From NCBI GenBank assembly GCA_951406725.2, contig OX597816.1:70990001-71054000 (forward strand): 64,000 bases of DNA, in the 5' to 3' direction. Both the position numbers and the translations under genes were made by a program. The notes beneath the pieces are model-generated. The model was given only the letters and a program-made list of their open reading frames with translations, was not told the DNA's origin and searched no databases. This stretch comes from Octopus vulgaris. Lineage: Eukaryota. This document shows positions 1-14,050 of the stretch, one piece after another; position 1 is the first letter of the stretch; each line of letters starts with the position of its first letter.

Positions 1-44
1 TGTAATTATTAGTTTGACGCTCAAGACGGATATCGAAATTTCAC

Positions 45-157
45 ACACACGCACACACACACAAACACACACACGCGTGCGCTCACGCACATACGTGCAC
101 AAACATATACATACACATACACATATACATGCACGCATACACACACACATGTCCATA

Positions 158-215
<58 letters not shown>

Positions 216-320
216 TGTATGTATGTATGTATGTATGTATGTATGTATGTATGTGTGTGTGCGCGCATGTTTGTATGTATATGTATGTATGTGTGTGTGT
301 ATGTACTCGTATGTATATGC
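45..320. repeat. Compound (CA)n/(TA)n/(TATG)n microsatellite, representative of dozens of similar tracts in the window
   Basis: Simple repeats visible directly; they account for the YIYI/VCVC/THTH ORFs. Confidence 0.95.
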
Positions 321-738
321 ATATGTAATTGTATAATGAAAATACTAATGAGCCAGTGGCATAAATTTACACAAGACAAATAAAGGTATATTAAATAACA
401 TACAAGAGAATTTTTATCTGTATTCTTCAGACGAAGATGATTCCCTTCGTCTCAAGAAACAGCAAAACAAATGCTTGGTGTCAATTGCGACACACTGTAA
501 AGGAAAAACAGGGAGATAATCTCAAGAATGAAGAATTCTCTGGAATTGACATGAGATTAAGGAAAGACTATTTGTCCATCTTTTCTGAAGATAAAAGAAC
601 AAAAGTTATACGTGTTTCTGTTTCAATAAGCGTCATCATCGCAGTAGTTGTCTTATCTCCAGTCCAACAGGCACAAGAGTTGAAATGAGTAGAGAAAATA
701 AATATCTTTGAATAATTTGCACGATTTAAACAGATGTA

Positions 739-1539
739 CAATACCGTGCAAAAGTCTTTAACCACTTTAAATCATTGTAAATTTCTACTAATTGCCAACT
801 TATAAATGGATGCTTCGCATTGCACTTTTTACAGAGGAAACATTGGCCCTGTTGGGGTCATTTCCATATCTAACCATTATATTTCGTTGTAGGAGTTCTG
901 ACAAATTCTCGCTTATTAGAAAACGAAACGAGCCACGTTACACGACGAAAACTATGAAGTTTGAGGGTAAGAGTCTGATACTTTGGGGATACATAAAAAG
1001 TAATGGTTAAAGAAAGTTGGTTAAAATTACCGGTAACTTGAGTAGTGCTAAATACACCCAGTTGCTGAAGAACAATTTGATACCAGACTTGGATGAAGGT
1101 GAGACTTTTCAAGTATGATGGCGCTCCATGCCACAGATCGCACGCAACACAACAGAGTCTGGTTGATGAAAATGTTACTGTATTGAAAGATTGGCCAGCT
1201 CAGAGCCATGACTTAAATATCATCGAGCAAATGTGGACAGAACTAAAGAGAAGAGTTCGTCAGAAGAATCTACACAATCTTGAAGAGTTGTGGGAGCTCA
1301 GCCACAGAGAATAGCATCTCAAACCTGTGAAGATGGTGAAGGATTTGTACGCATCTCTTCCCAGGTGCATTGAAGCAATTATTCAAGCCAAGGGAAGCCA
1401 CACGAAATATTAACAATGTTCAGTAACTTCTTGAAATGAACATTATGTAATGAATTTTCATTATAGACATTTTTCTGTCTCAAAACTCTGTATCTAGATT
1501 GGTTTATGTGAGGTAACCGAAAACTTTTGCACGGCCATA
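739..1539 (+). mobile_element. Internally deleted Tc1-like DNA transposon (D35E spacing), decayed transposase
   Basis: Inverted core CCGTGCAAAAGT (744-755) / ACTTTTGCACGG (1523-1534); ORF pieces PRYTTKTMKFEGKSLILWG and YDGAPCH...WPAQSHDLNIIEQMW, with 35 residues between D and E. Confidence 0.85.
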
Positions 1540-1773
1540 TTTGGTGGTCGTGTCGCATCTTCTCCTCTCATTCAGAAACCCCACAACAAAATATGATGAT
1601 TAGGTAAGTAAATGACTGTAACAGGGCCAATATTTCATCTGTAAAAAACGCAATGCCAAACATCCACTTATAAGTTGGGAATTAGTAGAAATTTACAATG
1701 GTTTAAAGTAGCTGAAAACTTGTGCACAGTACTGTAAGTATATTATACAAGTGTGTGTGTGGTGGGGTGTATA

Positions 1774-2960
1774 CAGGGTGTCCCCCCAAAAGTATATTCA
1801 CACTTTGTATGACAATTAATTCAGTGTTTATTGACTTAGAAACAAGATTAATGGTTCAAATTTACATATACATGGTCAATAATGCACTCACTCTAACTGA
1901 CAATAAACACATTGTTTATTGACAATGATTAATGGTTAAACGCAAAATGGATTAAATGCATTTTTATAAATGTTCAAACTGACGACCATCGCTCTCCAAA
2001 CAAAGCCGATGCCGCAGATACAAAACCTTCAGGAATGATTTTATTTGGAACCGTGAGGCTCTGTCTTACAATTTAACTTCTCAGCTCCTCGACTGTTTCT
2101 GGTTTAGAGCGGTAAACCTTATCATTGAAATATCCCCATAAAAAGAAGTTCATTGGAGTAAGGTCTGGTGAACGCGTAGAGAATGCAGCACTGCCTCTTC
2201 TGAAAAAATTCCTCGGAAAATTTGCATCGAGACAGATTCTTACGAGGAGGTGCTCCATCTTGCGGAAAGTAAATCTCTCCGTCAGCAATCTCTTCGACAC
2301 ATGGAAAGACGGATTCCTGCAGCAAGTTTCGGTAATCATCTCTAGAGACAGTTTGGTAAAAAACTAATGGCCGTAGGATACCCAATGCTGATATCCCATA
2401 CCACACTGTAACTACTGGTAAGTTAAAATGGTGTTCCACAGCAACATGTGGATTTTCAGGAGTCCAATAGGTGAAATTGTGTCGGTTAATCGAACCATTT
2501 AACTTGAAGCTCATCAGTTCAAACAATTTGGAATGTAAATGCTGCTTCGCATTTGCCCAGGTACCACTCAGAGCTTGGATTAATGTTGGAGAGTAACATT
2601 TCTAACCAACTCTCTTTAAATTGTGATGGGCGCTTGATTTTGGGATTCCCGTCCCACTATCCATTTTTCGTACAGCTTTCTGTGGGGATTGCCGGAGAGC
2701 TTCCAGCAATTGTTCTTCCTTTACGGGGCTGGTTGATGACCATGGTCTTCCTGAACGCTCCTTATGGACGTTATGCACAGTTCCATCTGAATTAAACGTA
2801 TCTCGCAATGGTGCGCCGCGTTGGTGGATCTTTGTGAAAAAGCCCTCTAAATTGTTTTTGCACTTCCATTGTATTTTCATACTTCCAGTAGCACTTTAGG
2901 ATAAATCTTCTTTCTTCGAAATTTAGTCGTACTTCTGCAATTATTTGGGTCAAATTGATA
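1774..2960 (-). mobile_element. DD41D (rosa/Visitor-like) Tc1/mariner-superfamily transposon relic
   Basis: TA+CAGGGTGTCC terminus at 1772; frameshifted transposase: N-terminal [56 protein letters not shown]. Family assignment rests on motif style; spacing cannot be counted across the frameshift. Confidence 0.8.
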
Positions 2961-2984
2961 GACATACATACATACATACATACA

Positions 2985-3056
<72 letters not shown>

Positions 3057-3071
3057 TACATACATATATAT

Positions 3072-3104
<33 letters not shown>

Positions 3105-3119
3105 CATACATATGTATAC

Positions 3120-3189
<70 letters not shown>

Positions 3190-3193
<4 letters not shown>

Positions 3194-3385
3194 AAAATTC
3201 AGAAAAAATTAACAAAAGACGAAGACAGGTGGTGTAGACAACAAACAGATGTATTAGTTTAACGCTCGGGAAGTGAAAAAGTCTTTAACGTTTCGTGCCT
3301 ACGCTCTTCCACAGAAAGGAACACAGAAAGAAACAAGGAGAGAAAATAAAAAATGTGTAGTGGCTAGCAATCTATCATGGCAAAA
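3190..3385 (-). mobile_element. Penelope-like terminal-repeat (pLTR) remnant in (TA)n, family H1, with hammerhead-like motif
   Basis: Homologous to 13810-14230 and 62975-63110; minus strand 3318-3281 reads cttt CTGTGGA A GAGC-GTAG-GCAC GAAAC GTT aaag. Confidence 0.65.
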
Positions 3386-3584
3386 GTATGTATGTATGTA
3401 TGTATTAATTATATAAAGTAATTTTTTAAGATACTAATCTCGAAGTAAAAATTATAATGATAAAATATAAATGGAAATTAACCTAAACGCAACAACCCTC
3501 TGTCAGCCATAATCTTCAGAAGAATAGGAAAAAAGTTTCTCTATTTCTCTCTTTCTCTCTCTCCCCCCATTTCTCTCTCTCTCC

Positions 3585-3617
<33 letters not shown>

Positions 3618-4011
3618 CCTCTCTCGCTTCCCACTCTCTCTTACACAAAACCACACGAAACGAATGGACATACAAACTCCAAAACTCTACATGCCAGCTT
3701 GCCTTACCTTCACACCAGCAGTCTCTTGTACGAGACCATCAAGCCACCGCTGGCGCCAGTGGACAGCTAAGCAGTGATTATAAATCAAAATGACATGTAA
3801 AACTATTAATCACGTCAATAAGAACGGATAAATTAAATTAAAAGATTGAAAAGTATTGAAAATATAAATGAAAAAACAAAGAGTCTAAAGAAACCCAGCC
3901 CCCGCCCTGTGAAAATTGACCAATAACTAACAGTTTTACAATAGAGTATCAAATAGCAGATCGTGGATATAAAATGAAACAATTTGATACTTACTACTAC
4001 ATGTATTATTC

Positions 4012-4210
4012 CTTTACTCTTTGATATGTTTCAGTCATTAGACTGCGGCTCTGCTGGGGTACCGCCTTGAAGGGTTTAGCCGAACAAATCGGTCCTAAAA
4101 CTTCTTTTCTCAAAGCTGGGTGTCAGGTATTCTATTGGTGTCTTTTGGCCGCTCAGTTATTAGGACGCAAACAAACCAACACCTTGTCAAGCGGTGGGAG
4201 ACAAACACAA
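4012..4210 (-). mobile_element. SINE family A, 3' part (decayed)
   Basis: Similar to the reverse complement of the 3' half of 14751-15160 (ttcagtcat..gactgcggc..gctgg..accgcctt). Confidence 0.7.
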
Positions 4211-4638
4211 AGACACGCACACACCACGCTCGTTATTGTTTATTATTAATAATTTTTTTAAAGCAAGCCAAGCGCCTAGCGTGTACTTGGTTAACTATTT
4301 TCTTTTTCTCCCTAAAACAACACAACACAAGATTTACAGAATTTAATGACATAAAATATATCAGCTTATATGTGCATTATGGTGTTTTATGAATAAATGA
4401 ATAAATAAGTTTTGATTTTTTCCTCATGAAATATTCTCTTTCCGGCTGGCCTACTTCCTTTAGTAAACAGCTCAATTGTTTTATATTTTGAAAAATAACC
4501 GTCTCCCTTTGTATAGCGAGAGTGTTTTTGTTTTTAAGCCACCTGTCAGCCCTGATCTAATAGATCTATGGCCAGAAGCATTCCAGCTGTGACCATCTAG
4601 TCTTTTTAATTATTTACTATCATCGTTGTCATCATCAC

Positions 4639-4639
<1 letters not shown>

Positions 4640-4716
<77 letters not shown>

Positions 4717-5188
4717 CATCATTATTATTATACGTTTAACTTTTGCTTTGTATTTGTACAAGTTGGCTCCAACTCTCATCCAGCGGCCGCAAGAGACAAC
4801 AAGTTAGAATTTTATGTTGGTGTCATGCCTAGGGTGTCATATATTTGGTTTTGCTCATATTATTATTCTAGAGAATGTTTAAGAAAATAAGAAAATTATT
4901 AGTTTGTTTTAAAATGTGAGATTACATAGACAGTATTTTACGTAGGATATGGGTAACTTCCATGAGCACTATCTTTTGAATTTCTGTCATTTTGGAGTTT
5001 CCTGGTATCTGAGCTAAGTAACAATCAGCCCCTATTGCTATCATTCCTAGGGGACCTATGACAATAGGTATTGTTTTAGTCTTGAGGTTCTACATTTTGC
5101 CAGTTTCTATTTCAAGATCTTTATACTTGCTCAGATTTTGGTAGGTCTTCACAGATACATTTATGTCGATTGAGACAGTCATATCATA
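4640..5188 (-). mobile_element. R4/Dong-clade non-LTR retrotransposon 3' end (RLE domain C-terminus) with (TAA)n tract
   Basis: Minus translation DMTVSIDINVSVKTYQNLSKYKDLEIE...KTIPIVIGPLGMI...IQKIVLM...HILRKILSM*, then a UTR and (TAA)n at 4640-4730. Confidence 0.85.
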
Positions 5189-5189
5189 G

Positions 5190-5380
5190 TGGCCTTAGCT
5201 GCGAGTGTGATGTCCTGAAAAAAGTCTTGGATGAGCTGGTGCAGTTGGGGACTCATTAGATAAAGGTGTTTTGGTACTGTCGATATCTGAGCAGGAGGAC
5301 AAAGTTTAGGTCTCTGACCCTCCCTGTCCAGCTCTATAGTTGTAAGTCTTGGACGCTGCCGGGGACCTTAGAGAGTCGAC
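5190..5380 (+). mobile_element. RTE-clade LINE fragment (post-RT region)
   Basis: WYCRYLSRRTKFRSLTLPVQLYSCKSWTL matches the RTE motif ..LS..TK..F.SLVLPVLLYGCETWTL. Confidence 0.75.
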
Positions 5381-5667
5381 AACGAGAAATACCTTCCGGT
5401 ACTTGTTCTGGCTTTTTGCATTCAGAGTTCATATCTCGCTGGCGTCAGCTTTACTTTTCATCCCACCGAGGCAGATAAAATAAAGTCGATATTGGGCTCA
5501 ATATACACCACAGAATCAGGGAAACCGCCCTATGAAGTTATGGGTCGAGAAAGACCTTTGACTCTTATGCACACACACACACTCAAACACACACACACAC
5601 ACGTTCTTTCTTTTCATTCTCTTACTGGTTTCAACCAGAGGCTGGGTCCCTGTTGAGGCACCATCTT

Positions 5668-5743
<76 letters not shown>

Positions 5744-5749
5744 ATATAT

Positions 5750-7140
5750 TATATTAAATTAGAGACAAAACCACTATTAGGCAAATCAAACAGTGAAAAT
5801 CATAAGCCAATACATAGAAATAAAATTAATTAATAACATATATAAAAAATATAAAATATAAAATTCCAAATTAAAATATTTAAATTAAAGTTAAGATTTA
5901 AAAAATGATTTAAATTAATAATTTAAACTTATAAATCTTAAATATATATATATATATATAATTTTATTTATTTATATTTTTAAAATATAACTATCAAAAA
6001 GTATTGAAAGTTTAATATAAGATAAAGAGTAAAACCACTACGATCGTTTCATGCTCGTAACCAATTCAAATAACAATAATTTAAATTCAATTAATAATTA
6101 GAATTATGGTTACAGTCAATCTTCATGTTAATTGTAATATTTTAATAAATAATCAATAATCAGAAATATTTACACAATATTTTTTAAGAAATAAATAAAA
6201 TAATAATTTTTCTTATAAAAAACTCTATTATCAAACTAGAAACTTAACGATTATGATTATGTCAAAACATTGATTATAATGTTAAATATTAATTTTAATT
6301 TTTAAGTATTAATTTTTAAGGTAAGAAACCCACAAATAATCTAATATCAGTTATAGTCAATATCTAATTACATAAATATTTTACAAAAAAAAATGACTAT
6401 TCATATTATTAAAAATATAATATTTAAATAATATATAAATTATCAATGAAAATATATTAATGTATGTAAATATTAGAATTAATATCTAAAATTAACTCTA
6501 TAAATAAATATTAAAGATAAAATAGCTAATTGCAAAAATACAAACAAACAATCTTAAGCGAACGCTATAGCAAATTAACTATCTATATATCTCGTTGGCT
6601 AAATAATAACTTTCAAAAATCTTATATTTAAAATACTTAAAGAAATAATCAATTCGTAGTTATATAGTATCAATTAAATACTATAAATATATTTATCAAT
6701 ATAACTACCAATTATCAATTAAAAAAACAATATATGAGTTATTATAATAATTATAAGAAATTTAAAACTACAATTAATGCTATTAATACATGTATATACA
6801 TGAAACCTAACTTTAAACAACCCGTATACTTGCTATCAAACAATATATCTATCGCTAAGTAAATTCTTACAAATAAACTTAAAGTTAATATCTAATAATT
6901 ATGTAGAAAATTACGATAATTAGATCATTACATAAACAACGATATTTACATAAAAAAACAATAATATTATACCATAAGACTTATAAAATATTAAAATTTA
7001 ATATTTAAAAATCTTAAATATAAATATATACTTAGCTTAGCAAGGTTTTGTGATAATATAGGATAAAATTTTCGAAAAAATGTTATCAATTGCCAGCATA
7101 TTAAAAAAATACCTTTAAAGGTTAAATTTATAATTTATAA
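5750..7140 (-). mobile_element. AT-rich Penelope-like pLTR array (family H2), decayed hammerhead at 6031-6130
   Basis: Left end homologous to 40361-40440; minus strand has GAAAC-GATC-GTA-gtggtttt and stem II gtaacca/tggttac; flanked by duplicated accatctttac(TA)n at 5660 and 7141. Confidence 0.6.
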
Positions 7141-7151
7141 ACCATCTTTAC

Positions 7152-7226
<75 letters not shown>

Positions 7227-7383
7227 ATATAGGATAAAATTTTCGAAAAAATGTTATCAATGGCCAGCATATTAAAAAAATACCTTTAAAGGTTAAATTT
7301 ATGAATTTATAAAGAAGGGCAAAAGTCTATTTTCGGCATATTTGGCATTGGAATTTTTTTTCTTTTGCCCTTGTTTATAAGTT

Positions 7384-7507
<124 letters not shown>

Positions 7508-8268
7508 TCTTTTATTCTTTTATTTGTTTCAGTGATTTGATTGAGGCCATGCTAGAGCACCGCCTTTGGTCGAACAAATCAATCCCACGACTTATTCTTT
7601 GTAAGCCTAGTACTTATTCTATCGGTCCGTTTGCCGGATATTTTGTATACACACACATACACACACACACACACACATCTATCTATCTTTCTATCTATCT
7701 ATCTATCTCTCTATCTGTTTGTCTGTCTGTCTGTCTGTCTGTATGTATGTATGTACAATGGGTGTATGTTTAAACTATTTTGTAAAAACTGGTGTTGTTT
7801 ATGTTATCTCCCCTTATAGCCATCAAATCAGGAGTTTGCTAAGTAGTGTTCAATTAAAAAGAAAAAAATCAATTACCAGGTTAGAATATGTACTGTGATC
7901 GATAATGAATAATTTTAAAATCCTTCGAAGTCAGTGTCCCAGATTAACTACAGCCCAATCACTAAAACTAGTTAAAGAATAAAAGAATATTTTATATACA
8001 ATTTTACATAAATTTCATCGTTTAACAGTTATTATCAAAAACCGTTGCTATATCTTGGTGTGTTTTGAAAGTTAATGAGAAGCTGTTGCTATTCTGAGAA
8101 CAAATTTGGTTTTTAATGCTATCCGTGCTTTTTAATCTAAATATGCATTTATATATGTGCTTGTATATTCGTCAATCTAAATATAGGTGGGTGCTTATTA
8201 TATCTGTGTTTTTATCTGAATAATCAATCACTATTACGAGCTCAGTGGAATCTGATATAAATATATAC

Positions 8269-8332
<64 letters not shown>

Positions 8333-8774
8333 GTAGGCGAGGACATACACATGTGTGCGTGTTTGTATGTGCTTTTAAGTAAAAGCTGTGTGTACCTATA
8401 TAAGAATATCTGTGTGTATATGTGAGGTTATCTCTGTGTGTGTTTTTACATTAGATTACATTATGTTATCAATGTGTTTAAGTGTGATTTAATAAATGCG
8501 AACATGGGATTGGTTTTTAATTTGGGCACAAATTTGTTAATGTTTTTGTATATTAGGAGTGGCTACTGCATACATAATTACCTCTTTACTCGTTCCTGTC
8601 TGTGGCTGTTTCGTTAATTATATCTTTCTTTTATCACTAAGGGAAGGGAAACTTTCCAGGTCATCCGAAAGCGATAAGAGGAAATGAGGAATCTATTCTC
8701 AGACTGAAATTATGGGCCGAATGCTTGACATAGAGTAAACTCCACTAAAAGCATTAAAGAATCTGGCTGTGGAT

Positions 8775-9010
8775 TTAAGCAGGACCTAGCACTCCGTCGG
8801 TTACGACTGCCAGGGTACCAGTTGATCGAATCAACGGAACAGCTTGCTCGTGAAATTAATCAGCAAGTGGCTGAGTATATCACAGACATGCGTACTCTTA
8901 AAATAGTTCTCATGGAGATTCAGTATGACACAGAATGTAACAAGGCTACCCCATTGAATTACGAGTACAACTCATTTTTGCTAGCTGAGTGGAGTGAAGC
9001 AACGTGAAAT
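8775..9010 (-). mobile_element. SINE family B, 3' part
   Basis: Reverse-complement similarity to 41455-41680. Confidence 0.75.
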
Positions 9011-9600
9011 TTTCCTAATTATGGCTCTCAGCTGGGTATAAAAAATAGTTTTATCTTCATCACAACTAGTCAAAGTAGGTACACAGGCACTTATTAGAGT
9101 AGCAAGCCGCCCACCTTTCAGGTGAAATCGTAGAGTCATTAGACGTTCATTTATAGGAACAGGAAGCTCCTCCGACTTCTTAAGGATATCAGATCGAACT
9201 GCAAAGCCAACACCAGCTTCTCTGCCCTCCTCCTTCAGCTTCACCTTCCAAACAAACGTGAATCCACCCCATACTTCCTCAAGCTGACCATCACCTTCTG
9301 TACGAGTCTCTGAAAGTGCGGCTATTTCAATGTTATAGCGGTTCAATTCGCTAGTAACAAGTGCAGTACGTCTTTGAGACCTACAATCACTCTTGTTATC
9401 CAATAGAGCGCGCAAATTCCAGCATGAAATGTTCAAGTTTCATTCAGATTTTGTAAACGAAGTCTCTTTGTTTTTCGAGCGCAGGGTGGACATCTGTCAG
9501 TCGCTTTAAACTGACCAGATATAGAAAGACAGGCAACTTTTGGTTCACCTTTTCTAGAACCTCCCCAACCTCCGGGTGAGCAGTGCCCTCAGATACCCAA
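9010..9600 (-). mobile_element. RTE-clade LINE 5' end: UTR plus AP-endonuclease N-terminus (truncated)
   Basis: ORF 8981-9436 ISCWNLRALLD...RRTALVTSELNRYNIEIAALSETR...GVGFAVR...INERLMTLR...TLISACVPT, typical of RTE APE domains. Confidence 0.9.
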
Positions 9601-10411
9601 GCAACCATCGAATCCATTAAATAATTTTAAAATAATTTTTAAATAATTAAAAAATAGAAGAGACATACACACATACGGTCTTTTTCCTTTTTTCCTTTGA
9701 AATCAAGCCTTAAAAAATCTTTTCTTAAAAAGAAAAAGCGCTCTTTTTCGTAATGGAATTTAAAATTATAAAATGGTAATGAGTTACTCGTTGAATTTAT
9801 ATTAGAAAAGTCTTGCATATTTGTAATACTTCGCTTGCAGATTGTATTTCTATTATACGTGTTAGCTGATTTCATTATTTGCCTGATAATTTCTGCCTTC
9901 CCCGATTACAACTTAAAATTCTAGTAAGATAACCAGAGATGCCATTTTCACTTAGACTTAGGACTCCATAAGACTGGAGCTCAGCCTTGTTTCCATGACG
10001 TATGGGTGACTTAGATTACAAAACTCGTCCCTTTCTGAATGGGACATCGGTCCGTCACACTGTTAACTTCCCAGTCTCGGGTTTGTTGTGATAGAAATCC
10101 AAGGAGTCTGTTTTTAAGTCTGTAAGCTCCAGTTATAAGACTTAAGTGACCGCATTAGGGCATCCTCATTGGTTTGTATTCGGCCGCCATGTTGTTATAT
10201 TAATCAAGTAAATGTAACAAAAAAAAAAAGAAAAAAATGCCTGACCGTTGATCGTCGGTCAACATTTCATACTCTATCACTGCATTGTCAAAATAATTCG
10301 GACGCTAAACAAAATCGATGCCGAGAACACCAGAACACAACACTTAATAAGAAAAACAACAACACCTCCATCACCACCACCACCACCACCACCACCACTA
10401 CCACCGCCACC

Positions 10412-10452
<41 letters not shown>

Positions 10453-10554
10453 TAATAGTCTTTTTTATATCCACAAAGCTACATGCAAATTAATAAAACT
10501 GATTGGAAAGTGCGACATCGTGTGTGTGTATGCATACGTACATACGTGTATGTG

Positions 10555-10585
<31 letters not shown>

Positions 10586-10592
10586 ATGTGTG

Positions 10593-10623
<31 letters not shown>

Positions 10624-10657
10624 ATGTAAATATATGTGTGTGTGCATGTATATGTAA

Positions 10658-10688
<31 letters not shown>

Positions 10689-11387
10689 TGTATATATGTA
10701 TGTATATACATATACATATATATATATACATATATGTGTATGTACTCACATGCATGTATGTGTATGCGTGCATCAGCCACAAATATCGTGAAGCAACGAT
10801 CTTCAAATTGCAAACAGATCGTTTGCGTTGTGATTGAATAACACGTGTTCGATGACACGCGTTTCGTGAAGTACAGGGGTCATTTGGCACTGGCGGAAAG
10901 GTTAAACCGAAATGCTAAGGCCCTTGCCTCAGATAAGCGCCATATGTTAAATCTAATTAATAAAATCTTCAAAGTGGTCGCCCTATTTCTTTTAAATCTT
11001 TTAATTTATTTTTTCTATTGTCATATGTTTATAAAACTTTATTTGTCCATGTATTGATCTATTGGCTTTGTTATTACTAATACTACTGACAGAGCAATGG
11101 ATTGGCTGATCTGGTAGAGTATCGGGCAAAAAAAGCATTGTAGTATTTATTCTGGGGTATGTTCTATGTTCAATTCCCGCCGAAGTCAGTTTTGGCTTCT
11201 ATACCTTAGAGGACGATACATTATAAATGATATACACATCGTTACAAGTACGTATACACAGAGACACACGCGTGTGTATAAATGAATGTATATATTCATA
11301 TTTGTGTGTGCGTATATATATTCTTTTACTTCTGTCAGTCAATTGACTGCAGCCATGCTAGATCACCTATATATATAGCGCATTGTG

Positions 11388-11424
<37 letters not shown>

Positions 11425-11493
11425 AATGTGTGTGTACACAAACATATATACATAATACGTATATATATATATATGCATGTATGTATGTATGTA

Positions 11494-11550
<57 letters not shown>

Positions 11551-11555
11551 GTCTG

Positions 11556-11671
<116 letters not shown>

Positions 11672-11675
11672 GTGT

Positions 11676-11978
11676 GGAGGCGCAATGGCCAAGTGATTAG
11701 GGCAGCGGACTCGCGGTTGTAGGATCGCGGTTTCGATTCCCAGGCCGGGCGTTGTGAGTGTTTATTGAGCGAAAACACCTAAAAGCTCCACGAGGCTCCG
11801 GCAGGGGGTGGTGATCCCTGCTGTACTCTTTCACCACTCTTTCTCTCACTCTTTCTTCTGTTGGCCTGCTCGCTTAGCCAGCGGAGTGGCGTCATTCAAA
11901 GGCTAAAACAATGCGAACGCATTGTGACCAGCGATGTGTAACAACATCTGATGGTCTGGTCGGTCACGTGATCACGTG

Positions 11979-11980
<2 letters not shown>
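11676..11980 (+). mobile_element. tRNA-derived SINE family C, tail type 1 (resembles octopus OR-type SINEs)
   Basis: A-box-like TGGCCAAGTGA and B-box GTTTCGATTCC; head and body shared with 39225-39413; tail shared with 40925-41195. Confidence 0.85.
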
Positions 11981-12011
<31 letters not shown>

Positions 12012-12986
12012 AGAGAGTTAGAGGTTGTGAATCCAACTAACTAAGGGATAGTATCTATCCAATATACAACTGGTAGAATACCTAATTAATACACAAGTGT
12101 TAGTTATTGCGTGGCAATTACCCTACTGAGTATAATAATTAAGCGAGGGTAATAAGTGGTTTGGAATATATGTCGGGTTCTTTTGGGGGAAAAATGAATC
12201 TCGACCGCTCATAACAAAGCTAATTTTAAAATAAATCACTCATATTTTATAAGAGACATTTTAAAAGAAAGTACATATATACAAAAGAGGCCGATAGAAT
12301 AAGTACTAAGCTTACAAAGAATAAGTCCTGGGGGCGATTTGCTCGACTAAAGGCAGTGCTCCAGCATGGCCGCAGTCAAATGACTGAAATAAGTAAAAGA
12401 GTAAAAGAATATATGTTTGTATGTATGTATGTATGTATATATGTATGTATGTATGTATGTATCAGCTTAAGACCAGTTTAAACATGTATGAAAGATATTT
12501 GAACCTGTAAAATCTTTACATTCAGTTTAGTATGGAGAGAAATATCCCGTTTGCGATAAAAAGGTGTTAAAGCACCACAGTCGTCTCAAAATGCTCTCTG
12601 TTGGAGTGATGAGTGCATTTCGAATTTGTTTGCTCACTTCAGCACCAGCTACCAAGAGAAGTAACTCCGCGTTGGTTAATAAGAAAAGCTTCCTTTACCA
12701 TTGATCAGTATATAATATTTATAGATTGTGTGTGATTGGGCCTGAATAAATACGCGAGTGGATATACGACACAGTGAAGGAAACTATACATAAAACCAGT
12801 TCAAGTATGTTTGAAATATATTTGAACCTGTAAAGGCTTTTCACTGCAGTTCGTCTCTCTCTTCGTATCTGGTGCTGAAGAGAACAAACAAATCCGAATT
12901 GCATTCATAAGTGCAATAGAGAGCGCTCTGAGCAAACCATTGTGTTTTAAGCGACAATTTGCTTTCATTTTGTTTCAGCTAATTGA

Positions 12987-13145
12987 ATAGATTTAACACC
13001 TTTTACTTCCTAATGGCTTTGGAGTGTACTGACACTGTGGAGTGACTGACAATGTGGAATAGATTTAACACCTTTTACTTCCTAATGGCTTTGGAGTGTA
13101 CTGACACTGTGGAGTGACTGACAATGTGGAATGACTGACACTGTG
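12987..13145. repeat. 72-bp tandem duplication with internal ~15-bp subrepeats (gactgacactgtgga)
   Basis: aatagatttaacacc...gacaatgtgg occurs twice in direct succession (12987, 13059). Confidence 0.9.
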
Positions 13146-13809
13146 ATATATCTCCCTCCTAACATTTATCCATACTTTACATGGTTTTGCTGCATATGAG
13201 CGTTAGTTTAGAAGCGTTGTGCTCATCCGGATTTTGCATGGCAGCCTTCATTCTGTTAGATTTATTCATGATAGTTTTCAAAGCTGACACTAGACGTTCT
13301 AACGACTTTAGAACAATTGTCTTTTACTCATTTTCTTTTGTTTGTTTTATAATATTTCGTTTAATGTTGCTTTATGCATACATGACACGACAATTAGAAC
13401 TGGATAACAAGCACATTGAATTAATTAAAAAAAAATATTGTTTGTTCAGAAATTACTAAATTACTTCACATAGCACGAGCAAACTGTCCAGAACTCAAAA
13501 GCAGACCAAGTGTGACTAATTGACTTCTGTTTTTTTTTTTGAGCGCGCTAATAAAGCAAGACAATGGATATTTATAATAAAGGGGGGATTATTAATTAAA
13601 TAATGTGTTTATAAGGATTTTCAAATTTAAGCGAGAATTTCTGTGGAAGGCTAGGCATCCAGAATAGATGTTTATTTTGAGATTTTAAACTGATTCTTTC
13701 AGTAAGGTGAAGGCGCGTGGCCTAGTAGATAGGGTGTTGGAATCGTAATATCTTGGTTTCGATTCCTAGAACGGTAGTGCTAAATCCACAAATGTCTTTC
13801 TTATTCTCT

Positions 13810-14009
13810 CACTATTTATTTCCTCATGTTCCGTTTCGTTGAAGAGCGTAGGCTCGAAAGGTAAAAGACTTTCTCACCTTCCCGAACGTCAAACTATTAC
13901 ACCTGCTTGTTGTTTATACACCTGTCTTCGTCTTTTGCTTTTCTGTAAATTTAAACTATATATGTATATATATGTGTGTATATATATATATGTATATATT
14001 ATAAATGTG

Positions 14010-14050
<41 letters not shown>

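Noticed and set aside
437-688. 83-aa ORF with a hydrophobic C-terminal stretch
   Set aside because: No recognisable homology or splice context; consistent with a chance ORF
10169-10657. Poly-P/poly-T/poly-G ORFs (formin- or extensin-like)
   Set aside because: (CAC)n/(AAC)n microsatellite with non-coding flanks
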